Positions 37,893 to 51,739 are shown, numbered from the whole stretch's first letter. The stretch: DNA of 62,743 nt, filler included, from Hydrolagus affinis (GCA_012026655.1; 4 parts of 4 records of this genome joined end to end with filler, not necessarily neighbours in it); one strand, 5' to 3'. Program-made: numbers and translations. The notes: generated by a model not told the origin, from the letters alone.

Positions 37893-39268
37893 AACACACA
37901 CCACACAAACAGAGCCACATACAAACGCTTCGTAATAATCCTTCCAAAGAAACAAACAATAATAAAATTAGTAATTTCAATCCATGACTGTTGATAGGGA
38001 GGCTACTGTGTGCAAATGGCTGCCGCGATTCGACCAACAAGCTACAGTCAATTCATTTGACTTGATCGAATATTAGTGGGCAAAACACGGTAGCCAATTG
38101 CGCACAGCAGCGTCACAGAAAGAGTTGTCGACTGAAATAACCTATTTTTTATTTTTTTGGAGGGAATATTATTCAGCAGAAAGTTGAACAATTCGAATCG
38201 ATATCGACATTTCGACAGAGGGAATGAATGTCCACGTCGATAGCGTATGTGCAGATCGCTGAATTAGCGTGTCCGACAACATGGTAACATAGCAGACCCC
38301 TTTCCCACTTCAATGCCTGCATCAAGATGTTTCTTTTCAACCGTGTTTTCAGTGGAATGAACTCCCTCCTCGCCCACCTTAGCACGCTTTGCACTAACCA
38401 ATATCTCGTTGTGAAGCCTGGTAGCTCAATAGGTAGAACACAAGCCTTAAATGCGAGACCTTTGTTCGATTTCAGGCACNNNNNNNNNNNNNNNNNNNNN
38501 NNNNNNNNNNNNNNNNNNNNNNNTTAATTAATTAANNNNNNNNNNNNNNNNNNNNNNNNNNNNNNNNNNNNNNNNNNNNCCAGGAGAGAGAGAACCACCC
38601 ACTGTCTCCCTGCTAAACTAGATGGACAGAGAGAGACCCGCCCACTGTCTCCCAGGTAATCAGTGATTGTCAGATGAAAGACCCGCCCAATGTCTCCTTG
38701 GCAACCAGCGAATGACAGGAGAGAGAGAGACTCGCCCACTGTCCTATTCGTGTATTGTGGAGATGACTATTTTTTGCGTGAGCTCTTTCTCACACACATT
38801 CTCCATCTCTCAGTAAAATGGAGTGAATGTATGTTTGGGGGAGGGTGAAGTGTAATGGCTGTCTGATTGGTGTCTCTTTCACGCACACGCACAGTGGGCA
38901 GACTGTTGTTAGATGGATCAATAATGACATCTTTAATAACCAGTCACAACAACACACAGCATATATTACACTAACAACAACAACAATGCATATTATACAC
39001 CGTGTTGACAGTCACTGCTTCAGTCGCAGTCCCACTAACACACTCAGCTCAGCTCTGGATTCCCACTGTATTTGTCCTTCTGAACTTAACTGATTCCTCC
39101 CAGCCTGAACACATTAAACAACAAATAAATATCTGATCAGAATATAAATGGGAAACTCTTCACTTCGCAGTTTAATCCTTCAGTAAATCGCCTCAAACTG
39201 TTTCCATCCAGATATCCGAACTCGTTCTCTGTGTGTTTATCACATTAAACACTGACACAAACCCTCAC

Positions 39269-39430
39269 CAGATCCTCTACAGGCTGGTGCAGGTCAGCAT
39301 GATGTGGTGGAGAGCGTTGACAGACCGCCTGTGAAGGAGTTAAACGCTGGTACCCTCTGTGAGCGGCTTGTACAGAGAGCGGAGACCAGATCGTCAGTGC
39401 AGCCATCGGTCAATCTGTTAATGTACAGCC
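39269..39430 (-). pseudogene. Decayed NLR-type (NLRP3/NLRC3-like) LRR exon
   Basis: Minus strand reads LYINRLTDGCTDDLVSALCTSRS..FNSFT, then after a frameshift RSVNALHHIMLTCTSL*RI, then a GTGAGG donor. Resembles the RI-like LRRs of fish NLR genes (recognised by eye only). Confidence 0.5.
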
Positions 39431-40226
39431 CGGAGATCAGAGACACAGAGACAAAGCAGGCATCAATTCGAGGCGCAGGAACCCAGAGAGTATCCTGGGG
39501 GAGGAGACGGTGAGTAACTGATGGGGAACGTATACTAATAATAACCTAATCATAACGCATGATAATATAATCCTTGCATTTGACGTTGCGCTTTTCACGT
39601 CGTATCGATGTCACAATGTGCTTCACAGAATATACTTGAAGTCAATTGACTGTATATATGAGGGCGAAACGCGGCAGAAAATTGTGCATAACGTAGTCCC
39701 AATTTAAAATCCCAGACTCGAATTCTGAGTGATAAACTTGATTTTTTAAAAGGAAGATGATACCACAAAACTGATCGAACGATCGTTTGGTAACTGTGTG
39801 TGTGTGTGTGCATGTGTGTGGTTGGTGCAAGGAAACCTGTCAAATATTTAACGAATCTGGTCCGAAACCATTTCCTTTCGTTTGCCAGGAAAATTCAATT
39901 CCCACTCTCACACAAGGCTCCGTATCAGTTCTTGATACAAAACAATCATGTATTCTTGTTTGTATTTACACTTGAATTAAACCAACAGAACTTGTTCACT
40001 AATTGCTGTCTGTATTTAATGTGACTTAAAATGTAGCGAAAGTTTAGCTGATAAATTGATGGGAGGTAGATGTGGTTATCTCTCAGTCTGGCTACAGGCA
40101 TTTCAGATCCTCCCTGAGCTCCAAGGCCTCATAATGGAACCGCAGTTCACTTACACAGACAGATAGTCAGCATGTAACAGTGAAGGCGGTTTTTGTACGA
40201 GATTTGCAGTGCAGTCTATCACTGTG

Positions 40227-41538
40227 ATGATAGTCGAAAGGCACAGAGATACAATGCGCTGTCAGAAGCCAGCAGCTCAAAGATGGACAAACTGGTAGAA
40301 GAATTGGATTTCCACAGCTGAGCATCGAAACGGTCTCCAAACACTTTTCCTTTGCGTTGACTGTCACTCCAAGAATATTTCAGAAATATAAACTCTAGCG
40401 GCTTCCCTGGGGCAATCCGGTACCAGAAAATGGCGTAGTCGCTTTCAGTAGTGGTAGAGGTACATTTCTTCCTTCTTTCTTAACCATCGTTGCATCCGGC
40501 TGGCTGACAGAGTCCCCACTACACAGTTCTGCAACAGAAAAACGATAAAGTTTTATTCACACTTTGGCTGAATTCATGTTTCAGATGAGGGCCGTCCTTC
40601 CAAAATTGAAAGGCACTATGCCCCTGTAGTTTGTTGTTAATGGAATTATAATAATCAACTAATATAACATAAAGCATTACCAGGTCATTGATATATTTGA
40701 ATAGGCTATAAAGTGATTTACTCTATATCTTGTGGGCGAAAGAGAGCAGGCAATTGCACACAGCAATCTCTCACAAACAGTCGTGGAATCTTGTGTCAAA
40801 TATACATTTAAAATTCTCAAAGCAATATTATCCTCGTAACAATCCACCCTCCTATATACCAATATTATTGAGTGAAGAAATTATTATTAGTTGTATTTTT
40901 ATTCGCTCATTTCAATTGAATGGTAAAGCATACTAATTCGAACTTGCTGATAGTAAACAAAGGCTTGTGAGTCGAGTAAGCATAGAAAATGCTTGATAAG
41001 GCGCAGCAGGGAAACTTGCCTAAGCGTTCACCCTCCCGGTAAGTGAACCCAGAACCACTCGCATGTGAAGCGAGTGATGTAAATACTGAGCTACAGGTCT
41101 ACCCACTGCAGCTCAGTGTTTCCAACACTCGCCTTACAAGCGTGAGACGTATGTTCGAATCCAGGTAGGTCAGGGCAAAACATTGGGCAAGTTTCCTTAC
41201 TCCACACGCTTAATAATATTCTATCCCAAAACATACAATAATAAAAAATGGTCATTTCAATCCACAACTGTTTGCGAAGGATGCATTTTAAATGCAACTG
41301 GCTGCCGCGTTTCGCTCACTCACAAATATACAGTCAATTCACTATACAGTATATTCCGTCAAGCGCTATTCGACGTCTATAAAAAGTGGAAAGCGCTACA
41401 TCAAATTGAACGATTACGTATGGTTATCAAAATTGTCTTTGAAATGCTCTGACCTTCAGCAGGAACACCGAATTATCTCAAATCCATCTCACCTGACATA
41501 AAGATTCCCAGCACAAGACACACGGAAAACAGCGCCAT
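40227..41538 (-). pseudogene. TRAV/TRDV pseudogene (ELC family), inverted
   Basis: Leader 41538-41493 (MALFSVCLVLGIFMS). V exon 40528-40227 has an FR1 deletion/frameshift before the first Cys. Consensus RSS CACAGTG-23-ACAAAAACC at 40226-40188. Confidence 0.88.
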
Positions 41539-43550
41539 TGCTGCTCCGTGTCTGTGCCGTTGTGTTTGTGACATCAGATAGACCAGAGTAATTGTCGCCA
41601 TTGACGGAGCCCACGGTCTCATTCCACCTCAATGTCATCTCAACTCTGTTCCTAATATAGCAACCAATTTATTTAACACTGCGTCACTCATCAGCTAATT
41701 GGGATAGGAATAACTCTGTCTCATCTCTTGTTAACCTTGCGAATCAAAGCCCTCATGTGAACATTATCATAATAATAGAACAAAAATACTTCCATCAATT
41801 ATAGCGCCTTATCAAATCGTCCAAACAAATCTCAAAGCACTACATATATTATACTTCCATACTAATTCAAAATATAATTTTTTAAAAGTGTGGCACTCAG
41901 CAGCGTAACCCTAAAAATATTCTGGTTAAGTGACCAAATGATTATTCGTATTTTTGTAAAAGTATTATTATTTGCGGAAAAGGGGACCGTCATCAATTCA
42001 CAACCGAATTGTTAATTACTTCAATGCAGAGAACGACATGTGGTTTTAGGAAACTTGCCCATCGTTTCGGACTGCTGGGAATCGAACCCAATTCTCTCGC
42101 TTGTGAGGATTGAGCTGTTTCCACTTAGATGCACAGCCTAGATGGGCAAGCAGTGGGAAAGATGGCAAGAGAGCGATACCGATGGCAAAATACCTGGCTT
42201 TAGGGGATTAGATTCCAACCAAAGTTCACCAAAGATACAATCTGGGATATCTCGACGCCTTAGTTTTGCCAAACTGTGCCTAGTAATTTCTCGAATTAGC
42301 TAAGAAGAAGGAGTCGAGGGAGAGAGTGTACATATATTCCAACAATCTATTTAGTGTTTCCATGGTTGGGCGGATGCAATGAAAATTCCAACTTTGTTTG
42401 GGTTTCCTTCAAGTCTCGCCTCAAGACTCTCCTCTTCGATGGACCCATCGGCAAATCATTCTTCCCCACTCACCCCATTCCACCCCAGCAGTCTGTCCTG
42501 TAGCAAAGACCAACCATCGGTGGATGAGATTTCAATCCCTCTGCCCTCACACTACGAAAATGCATCCTGCAGCCCCTCTGCTTCGATTCCTTCCTTTCCT
42601 CCATCAATGCCGGTCTCAAGATCTTTCTCTTCGAACTCGACTTCGGCTGCATCCCTATCTCTTCTCTCTCTCCCACTCTCCTCCCCCTTCACCCTTCTCC
42701 GACTCTCCACCCGATCGGACTGCTCAGCACTGTGGGACGTCCCAAAGACGTGAAAGGCGTTATCTAAGTTTAATTTTATTGTTGTTTTGGTCAGCTCTGG
42801 TCTGAAGCAGTTGACGTCCAGCACCTGTGTACGTGCTCCTGATGCGAATTTCGCGATACAAATGTAATTCTCCTTTTGCTGTTGTTGTTTTTGTTATTCC
42901 TAAGCATTATGATGGGTTAACAAATGTGTCTAACATTCGGCTGAGCAACAAATTAGGTTTAAGTGCCAATGTTTGTAAAATGGTTAGAAAATGTTATGTT
43001 TTGCAATTTTGAAAAAACAGTTGTGAATTTAATGAATTATTTTCACTAATGGATTCCAATCATGAACATTGGACTAGTTGGTGTATGTATATATGCGGAT
43101 AATGCATTTTGTTTCAACAAAATAACTCCAACTAATTCTGTGCATTAATCCTAACATCTTCTCCATCTTATATCACAATGGTATTCAGCACTTTTATTTA
43201 GATTTCTAAACGTAATAACTACGTTGTGACATAATATTTTTAAAATGTACGGAAATCTTCATTCATCCCCAGTGTTTACTCATGCATTACTTATTTCCAG
43301 AAGCAGCATATGTTATATTAACAATTGTTGTATTTAGTATAGTGTATTTAACTCTTTCCCTACATGAAACCAAGTATTTTACTGCGTGTGGTTGGGAATT
43401 AATCACGTGTTTCCTGTGGGAGACACAGCAGCAAATTTACAAGTAGTCAACTAGGTCAACTGACAATAATGACATCTGTGCTGAAATTAAACCCATTAAC
43501 TCCTCGTTGTAGGTTTATGTACGGTGGTGTAGCCTGAAGGTAACACTGTG

Positions 43551-43998
43551 CGAGTGATGCCACAATAGTATGTGGCTGAATCAGATAGAGCCGCAGCCAG
43601 CACAGTTACAGTGGATGTCTTGCTGCTCGTGTCAAAACTAGTGGTGAATAGATCTTAGCAAATTCAGCTCTGAAAGTGTCCCCATCATCATCATGTCTCA
43701 GTGTGTACAGAGGAGGCTGGCCTGGATACTGACGGTACCAGTACATGTAAACTTTGGTGAAATCAGTAGAGTAGGTCCATCTAAGGGTCACAGTCTGGCC
43801 TTCAGTGACAGACACTTCCCTCTGTGATGGTTCAACCTTATCTGCATTCGTTGTCGCTGTAGCAAGAGAGAACAAGTTATTCACTGTAACGCATACACCA
43901 GAGATAAATCTCCAACCAGTTTTCAGAGCGAGAGTAAATTACTTACGCAAAAGGACAAATAACATTAAAATGATCAAAGCAATGTGCTTACTCTCCAT
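43551..43998 (-). pseudogene. TRAV/TRDV, Cys23>Trp family, copy 3, inverted
   Basis: Leader 43998-43947. V exon 43856-43551 has a 1-bp deletion after RAEFA. RSS CACAGTG-23-ACATAAACC at 43550-43512. Confidence 0.88.
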
Positions 43999-45030
43999 GT
44001 TCCCAAGCGAGCAAGTCATTCGATGGGAGCTTTTTGAGAGCAGATATTGAGTCCTTAATTGTGACTCAAAGCAGAGTGAGGAGCAGTGTGGACCACAGCA
44101 CTGATGGATGCGCCTCTGTGTCAGCTGACTATAGTTTCAAACCTCAGCACCAGATTTGTGAAACCAAACTAGTCAGATGACGCTCCAACGCCCTGTGACG
44201 TAGAAATATCAATGGAAATTTCTTCTTGTTGTTCTGATGCAATGCTGCCAGTTTACTGTTATAATTTAAGTATAATTTTTCTACTCTCCTTCATCATTTC
44301 TCGACCCGTCCCCCCGTGGTCTTGTCTCTATCCAAATTTTCATCGAATTGGGACGTCCTCTCGACGTGAAAGGCGCTATATCAATGTAAGTTTCAATTGA
44401 TTGATTTACTAAATTGTGAAGTCCTATGGATCAGTGGTTAAAATAGTCATATCACAAGCGAGACCCAAGGTAGTGTAATTAATTCGTTTGATGGAAACAT
44501 TGTGGTAACAATAAATATATTCCTTGCTTTTGACATAGCGCTTTTCACATTTTGTCGGCAGCACAAAAAGGTTTCACACAATATACTGTTAAGTGAATTG
44601 ACTGTACAGTTGTGAGCGAAACGCGACAGCCAATTGCGCACAACAGCGTCCCCCACAAACAGTAGAGGATTGAAATGACCAATTTTATTGTTGTATTTTT
44701 TCTCGGAGAGGTTACATTATGCGTGTGGAGTAAGGAAACCTGACCAAGGTTTCGCCCTGAGCTGCCTGGATTCGAACACGTATCTCACAATTGTAATGCG
44801 AATATTCTAACCACTGAGCTAGAGGAGCTAAACAATAGTGTATGGGATTGAAAGGCAATAAAAAATACCAAGTGACATAGAGATTGTATTTTGAAGAACA
44901 AAAGCTTTTGATAATCATCTTACTGATAAATCTTTGTACAATTCGGATCAAGCAGCAATAGTGTATGTGAGGGAAACAATGTCAATTGTAACAGGAAACA
45001 GCTGTGATGGCTGCCAATGTCGTGTGTTTA

Positions 45031-45049
45031 GTGCGCCACCTGTTGGTGG
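45031..45049 (-). promoter_or_regulatory. CTCF-like motif
   Basis: Minus strand CCACCAACAGGTGGCGCAC. Further - copies at 46613-46626 and 55444-55457. Confidence 0.55.
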
Positions 45050-45879
45050 TTTGCAGCTACTGCAGATTTACAATGGAGACATTCGAAAGCAAATTGTTTT
45101 AGGACCGTCTTGAATTGTCTCGTCCTTTCTCCTCCCGTGGAGGGATATACCTACGTCTCGTTTCCCTGCTTCCTCCTCATGTTTGCCTAGTTTTACTAGA
45201 AAACTGGACCGAATTGAATCAAGAATATCTTTTTGTGGCGTGTTTCTGCTAATAATTGCGTTCACACACTCCCTTCCCCACCTTCCCATTTAAATTAATA
45301 ATTTGATGAATTGCTCTCAATTGTTTATATTATTTGACTGCAAAGTAAGTTGTCGTTGGTCATGTTACAGTACCAGAACAATAAATTTACATATATAAAG
45401 CAATGTTCCCAATGGGAGAAGTTTCAAATGCATTATAATTATGAGTCAGATGATTTATTAGAATAATAAGATAATTAATTATTTTCATTGTTCGGTTTTA
45501 GATAAATAATGCAATTTGTGTTCTCTCGTTGCCGATTTTCCGATGGGTATCAACATGCGTTTACTGTGCATTTTGATTCCAGGCGTTCAACGACCCATTT
45601 ATAAGTGAACTGTGTTAATCACTGTTCCAAGCATCGTAAGAAGAATATTCTGAATCTCATGTGTTGGACAGAAGACAGAACAGTGAATCTCAATGCGTTT
45701 CCGAATCAAAGTCTTGTTGCAGCATTAGTTACAGCCAGTCTTGGAGCAATGCATGTGTTTTCTCACTGTGAATAAAAGTGGAATCTAAGCATTGCAAATT
45801 TTCGACTATATCCATCTGCCTTGTCACGCCCCCTCCCCCCACCCCCACCAATTACCTCGCCTCACATTCACCCCAAAAG

Positions 45880-46560
45880 TTTACTAAGCACAAATTGGGA
45901 GATTGATTTCCAGAGCATATTCACTCTGTACGGAAGGTCAACCCTGATCTTCCTGTCTCCCTCAATTTCAACATTCAGATGCAGATTTTTCGATCCATGG
46001 ACCCTACGATGTTCAAGCAACCCACAACGGAAGCTTGAGGAACAGCACCTCATCTATCTAATGGGGACGCTGCAGCCGTCTGGCCTCAACATTGAGTTCC
46101 GCCACTTCAGTAAGTAAGAGTTTGCCCGCCCACACCCCCACTCCCCCCCACCCCCCCAAATACACACACATCCCCACTCGATCACAATCATAAATCCAGA
46201 CACCCATTGACTCTATGGTGTTTTGTTTGTTCTATCACGATCAACACCTCTTCTCCCCAGTTTCGTTCAAACCCACCCCCTTCTGTTTCTCCCCTTGAAG
46301 TCCTTAACACATATTCAACACATCAGTTAACACACTGTTTTTTCATTTTCCTTTTCCTGCGTTGTCATTTTTGTCTTTCATGTCTTGCCTCTCTCCATTT
46401 AACGTTCTTAAGAAATTCCCCCTAGAAACAAGTCACAGTTCTGACGAAGGGTTGTGCACCCGAAACGCTGACTCTTTGTTCTTTCTCCATTGATGCTGCC
46501 TGACCTGCTGAATTTCCCCAGCAACTTTTGTTTTTGTTTCAGATTCACAGCATCTGTAGT
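45880..46560 (+). mobile_element. Penelope-like element 3' fragment
   Basis: LRCSSNPQRKLEEQHLIYLMGTLQPSGLNIEF resembles the C-terminal GIY-YIG region, followed by a ctgacgaaggg..cccgaaacg tail. Confidence 0.6.
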
Positions 46561-47695
46561 ATTTTGCTTTTTGTTCATGTTATTTGCAGCCCGTGGTATA
46601 TGTGTCACTAGTGCACCATCTGCTGGTGAGCAAGAGCAACATCACGTGTACAATTGGAGACATGTGATCTCGAATTATTTTTCGACGTGTCTTAACTTCC
46701 CTGGTCGTATCTCCTCCAAGTTTATAAATTGATCTAATTTCTCTGCTCGTTCCTCAGGTTGGAGGGTAATCCAACTCCAATCAACAACAACAACAATCCC
46801 ATTTGCACTGCTGTGCGTTTCGTCCACTAAAATACTTTCAATTCACTTTAAAGTGCATTTTTTGAAACACTTTCATACATCTAGAATACATGAAAAGCGA
46901 TATATCAAATGTGAGGATTACCATTGTTTACATTCCGTATCTTTTATCTGCTGATGCATAATCCCCCAATTTAATTTGTTTCGCTACAATTTTCCATTAT
47001 TCTTTCCTGTCAACACCAATTGGCTCAGAAAATGTTCAAATCTCCTTTAAATCCTTCCGCCTTGCCCCGTTTACACCGCATCATGTGGCCTACATATGGT
47101 TAGAACGCTTGCCTTAAAAACATGAGCACTTTGTTTCGAATCCAGGTAGTACAGGGCGAAACCTTGGGCAAGTTTTCTTACTCTACATGCCTACTAATAA
47201 TCCTTCCCCAAATTCCTATTTTAGCAAGACCATTTTAAGCTATTTAAGTCAAAATAATATACACTTAACAACACTAATCCTTACATTTGCCAATGCACTA
47301 TATCACATCTTCGAGATGCATCAAAGCAATTTGTAGAATGTATTGCTAAACGATTTAACTGCGTATATTGTGGGCGAAGCACTGCAGCTGTTTGCTCGCA
47401 TCAGTCATCCATTGGAAATAATGTTGAATTTATTATTGGTGGTAGTTGTAGTATTATTTAGAAGGAACTTATGCCCCTGTAAAAAGGATTCACTGATCAA
47501 CTATCGACGGTTTACTAGTTATTGCTCAGAAAACCGATTCTCGTGTGTGGAGTCAGCAATTTTGCTCAACATTTCGCATTTTCGGGAATCGAACCCATTT
47601 GTTTCTCACTCGTGAGGCGAGTGTTTCCTCTGCCGAGCTACAGATCTCCACATGGTAGTTTTTGTAGGGCGGTAGAGCTGATCTGTGTCTCTGTG

Positions 47696-48384
47696 GTGCT
47701 CAGTGCACAGTAATACAATGCCGACTCTGTAACTCTCACTTGGGTTATATTTAGTGGAACGGTTCGCCCAATTCTATCCAAATTTGTTGAGAAACGTTCT
47801 TTTGCAAATTCTGCACGAAACTCCTTGTTGGTGCTGGTGTACACCATCAGGATATATTCTGGAGCTGCGTTGGGATAGTGACGGTACCAGAATATATATG
47901 TGTTGCTGTCGCTTATAGCTGTATAATTACACTGCAGATAGGCATATTCTCCTTCACTCACTACCACAGTAGATTGGAGGTGTGTCACAGAGACTCCTAC
48001 ACAAAGCCCTGGAAAACAGAAATACATAATTACTCAATACAGCAGCAAGAATTCTAATCATCCTCTTGTGTTTCATAAGGCGCGTTACCGAGTCGATGAT
48101 ACATCTCCATTCAATTCACATAATAAAATTTGCAAAAACTGTGTAGTTTGTGTAACGTTTCGCCCTGTCCTGCCAGGGAATCGAACCGTGATCATCTCGG
48201 CTGTGAAGCCAGTCCTATAATCACTAAAATAATGAACAATCCAACTCCTCAAGCTCTTTTTGTATTATTATATAACTTATGCGATAAAACATAGTGTTGG
48301 ATAATATTTTCGGAAACAAATACAGACAGAATGCTTACCTGACAAGGTGATGATGGCTGCTGCCACATAGATATACATTGTCAT
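47696..48384 (-). CDS. TRAV/TRDV segment, apparently functional
   Basis: Leader 48384-48339. V exon 48008-47696 (LQCNY..FWYRH..ESALYYCALST). RSS CACAGAG-23-ACAAAAACT at 47695-47657. Confidence 0.92.
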
Positions 48385-50384
48385 GTGTATTTAACGGCAC
48401 GGGTTGCAGGGAGAGCGTTGATAGTGTAGTTGGAGAATGTTGTCTGGGATGCAAGTGTTCCTCGTATGGCCTCGTGAGGAGCGCTAAACAGTGAATGACA
48501 TACAGTAGTTGCTATACACTGTGATTGAGCAGGTCTGACGTCTATGTCCACGTTTGACTATGTCATTGAGCGTCATTTGCTCTGCTCTGTCATCTCGCTC
48601 CTCCATTGGTTCTCCTCCAACACTTAACATATCTTTGATCAACCAGGTGTCTGACACATGAACCAATTTACACCAATAATTCTGTTACAATTCGTCCAAA
48701 CACATACATGATATTCACGCAACTGTACTATCTGCGGATTCCTATAGCTTAGTGGTATCAACACTCACCCCACAAGCAACATGTCTGTGTTTGATTCTTG
48801 TAGGGCGAAATCTTGGATAAGTTTCCTAACTCTAACCCACCGAATTCTGTTTCCACAGCAATCAGTAGGAGTTCGATTATTTCTCGATTGATCTGGTTGT
48901 GTGCCGTTGTTACTAATCATTCATAAAATAAGCTATTGAATCCACAACTGTTTGTGTGAGATTGCTGTACACATTTGGTAGCCTGGTTTCGCCTGCAAAT
49001 CGCCGAGTCACAATATTTTACAATGTAGTATGAAGCGATTGGTGATGTCTCAAGCTGGACATGCTATTCAGTGGAATCCACTGAGTATGTACACAGGTCT
49101 AGATGGTGAATTATTCTGTGATGGTTTCACATTCCGTGGGGCAGCTGGCAATTTGGTAAAGAGGTGAAAATCCTTTGGGAGGGATTTGGGTGTTCGATGG
49201 GTTGGTGGGGAGTTCAAAGCCAACGGGCAGGAGCCACGTGGCGTCAGTAGTTTCTCAGATGTCTTTGTGTTATTTGAAATCTCCCTTCCTGCCCCGTTTC
49301 AGCTCCAAGCTTCTGGGTTTGTGCAATAAACACACATTTTTCTAGCATAACTCGTGTGTGCAAGATACGTGCTGTGCATTTTAATTCGCTGAATTCAGCC
49401 TCATGTATTAACATCACCATTTGCAAACCGTGGGTCTGAAGCATTGGGAAAGCCATCCAGATTCTTGTGAGTATCCAGATCAAACTCTGTCCTGTATTTG
49501 TGATTTTATTTGCTAAAGCAGCTTATTATGGAAGAGCCTCTACTCGTTTGATTTGATGTAACGTAACGTCTACCGATGGTTTATTTTGCACCAGAGAATT
49601 CCACACCACACCCTCTTGCAAACATTAATGGATCGAAGGCCATCCACCAATCGATTATCAACCAGAATCCAGCTTACATCTCGGCAGAGAAACCCCAATA
49701 ATGCTAATCATAGCATTTGATATAGTGCTTTTGACATCATGTTAACGTCCCAATGCGCTTCTTAGTGTGTATGGTAAAGTGAAATGAAAATAGAAGTTGC
49801 TGGGAAAACGCAGTAGGTCAGAAGCATCAATGGAGATAGTGAAATGAGTCGACCTTTCGGGTCCACGTCCCGTCGGCTGAATTTTGCAGTTTTTCTTGTT
49901 TGTATGCAGTAAAGTGAATTGACTGTATATTTGTGGGCGAAACGCGGCAGCTGGTTGCACACAGCAGTGTCCCACGAAGCGTCCTGGGTTAAAAATGACC
50001 AACATTTATTATTGTGGTTTATTTTTCGGCCGGATTATTATTGGGCAATTCAGATAAAGAAGCTTGCCCAATGTTTCTCCCTGATCAGCCTGGTCTCACG
50101 CTTGTAAGTTGAGTTCTCTAACCACAGAGCAAAAGGAGTAGTTGGAACTAATCGCGTCTTCTAGATGCTACTAAATCTCTAGTGGTTGTGCAGTGATGTG
50201 GAACGAATTTGTATGTTTCTTGCTAAATGTGGCAGCCACACGTGCACAGCAGTGTCCCACAAACAGTCATCGACTGAAGAGAACATTTATTTAAATGAAT
50301 AATTATCCCCACGAAAGCGATCCGCCAATCGACGTAAAACTGTATTCCTACTTAATGCTATGTAAATATATGTGTGTGTGCGTG

Positions 50385-50415
<31 letters not shown>

Positions 50416-50554
50416 TTGTGTGTGTGTGTGCATGTGTGTGTGTGTGTGTGGAATAAGGCAGCACGTCTATTATGTCGCCCTGAGGCGAATCAAACTCAGT
50501 TCGTCTTTTTGACGAGGCGAGTGATCTGAATGTTGAGCTACAGTAACCTCAGCG

Positions 50555-50607
50555 TGTTTTTGTACAGGCTCCTCTTAGACACGCAGCACTGTGCTCTCTG
50601 CTGCACA
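50555..50607 (-). other. RSS and last codons of a V truncated by a gap
   Basis: TGT GCA GCA GAG AG + CACAGTG-23-ACAAAAACA, nearly identical to the 3' end of the V at 51740. Abuts the N spacer. Confidence 0.85.
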
Positions 50608-51739
50608 NNNNNNNNNNNNNNNNNNNNNNNNNNNNNNNNNNNNNNNNNNNNTTAATTAATTAANNNNNNNNNNNNNNNNNNNNNNNNNNNNNNNNNNNNN
50701 NNNNNNNATTGCGGCAGCCAATTGCGCACAGCAGTGTCCCACACAGTCGTGGATTGAAATGACCAATTTTATTATTGTGTTATTAATATGTTTATTAGTC
50801 AACCAGTGAGTAGGAGAGGCTTTAACTCCGTGCTTTAGCTCGGTGTTCAGAGCACTCGCCTTTCAAGTGTGTGTTCGAATCCAGGCAGATCAGCGCGAAA
50901 GCTTGGACAAGTTTACTTACACCACACACGCGCCTAGTAATAATCCGTTCAAAAAAAACACCACAATAATAAAATTGGTGGTTTCAATCCACGATTGTTC
51001 GTGGGTCTGGCAGCCGCGTTTCGCCCACAAATATACAGTCAGTTCACTTTACAGTATATTATTTGACTCGCTTTAAGTCCTCGATAAGATGCGAAAAGCG
51101 CTGTATCAATTGCAAGAATTATTATTATTATTAATTACTCTTTCCTTTCCAGGGGCATCATTCTCTTGTTAAATAAGTAACTCAAAACACTTCTGTCTGT
51201 GGGACAATGCTGCTTTGTATGATTGGTTGACAATCGAGTGATAATGGTTCTTGAATGGATTACCATCCTGGAAAAGGCGACATGCTAGTTGACAATTAAA
51301 TGGGGCCCTACTCACACGTCGGCAAACAGACAATAATGCTAATAATCGATGCGTTTGATATAGATTACCACGTCCTTGAGACGTAGAGGAGCGCTTCCCT
51401 TGTTGTACTGTGCTTTGAGTTTACTGTCTATGTTATGGGATAAATGCGACACATAACTGCGCACATCAGTGTCTCACAAAAAGTCGTGGATTGAAGTGAT
51501 CATTTTAATTAGGAATCATGACACGAGAAAAAGCCATCCACTATTAGATTAATAAGAGGATTCCTATTTACTCCTATGTACTCACAAGCGTGTGGTGTTA
51601 GAAAACAATGGCCGAGTTTTTGGTCTGCTGGGATACGAACCAGCAGTCTTATCGGTTGTGAAACGAGTGCTTCAATAAATGAGCTACAGCAACCTCAGCA
51701 TGTTTGTGTACAGGCTCCTCTTAGACACGCAGCACTGTG

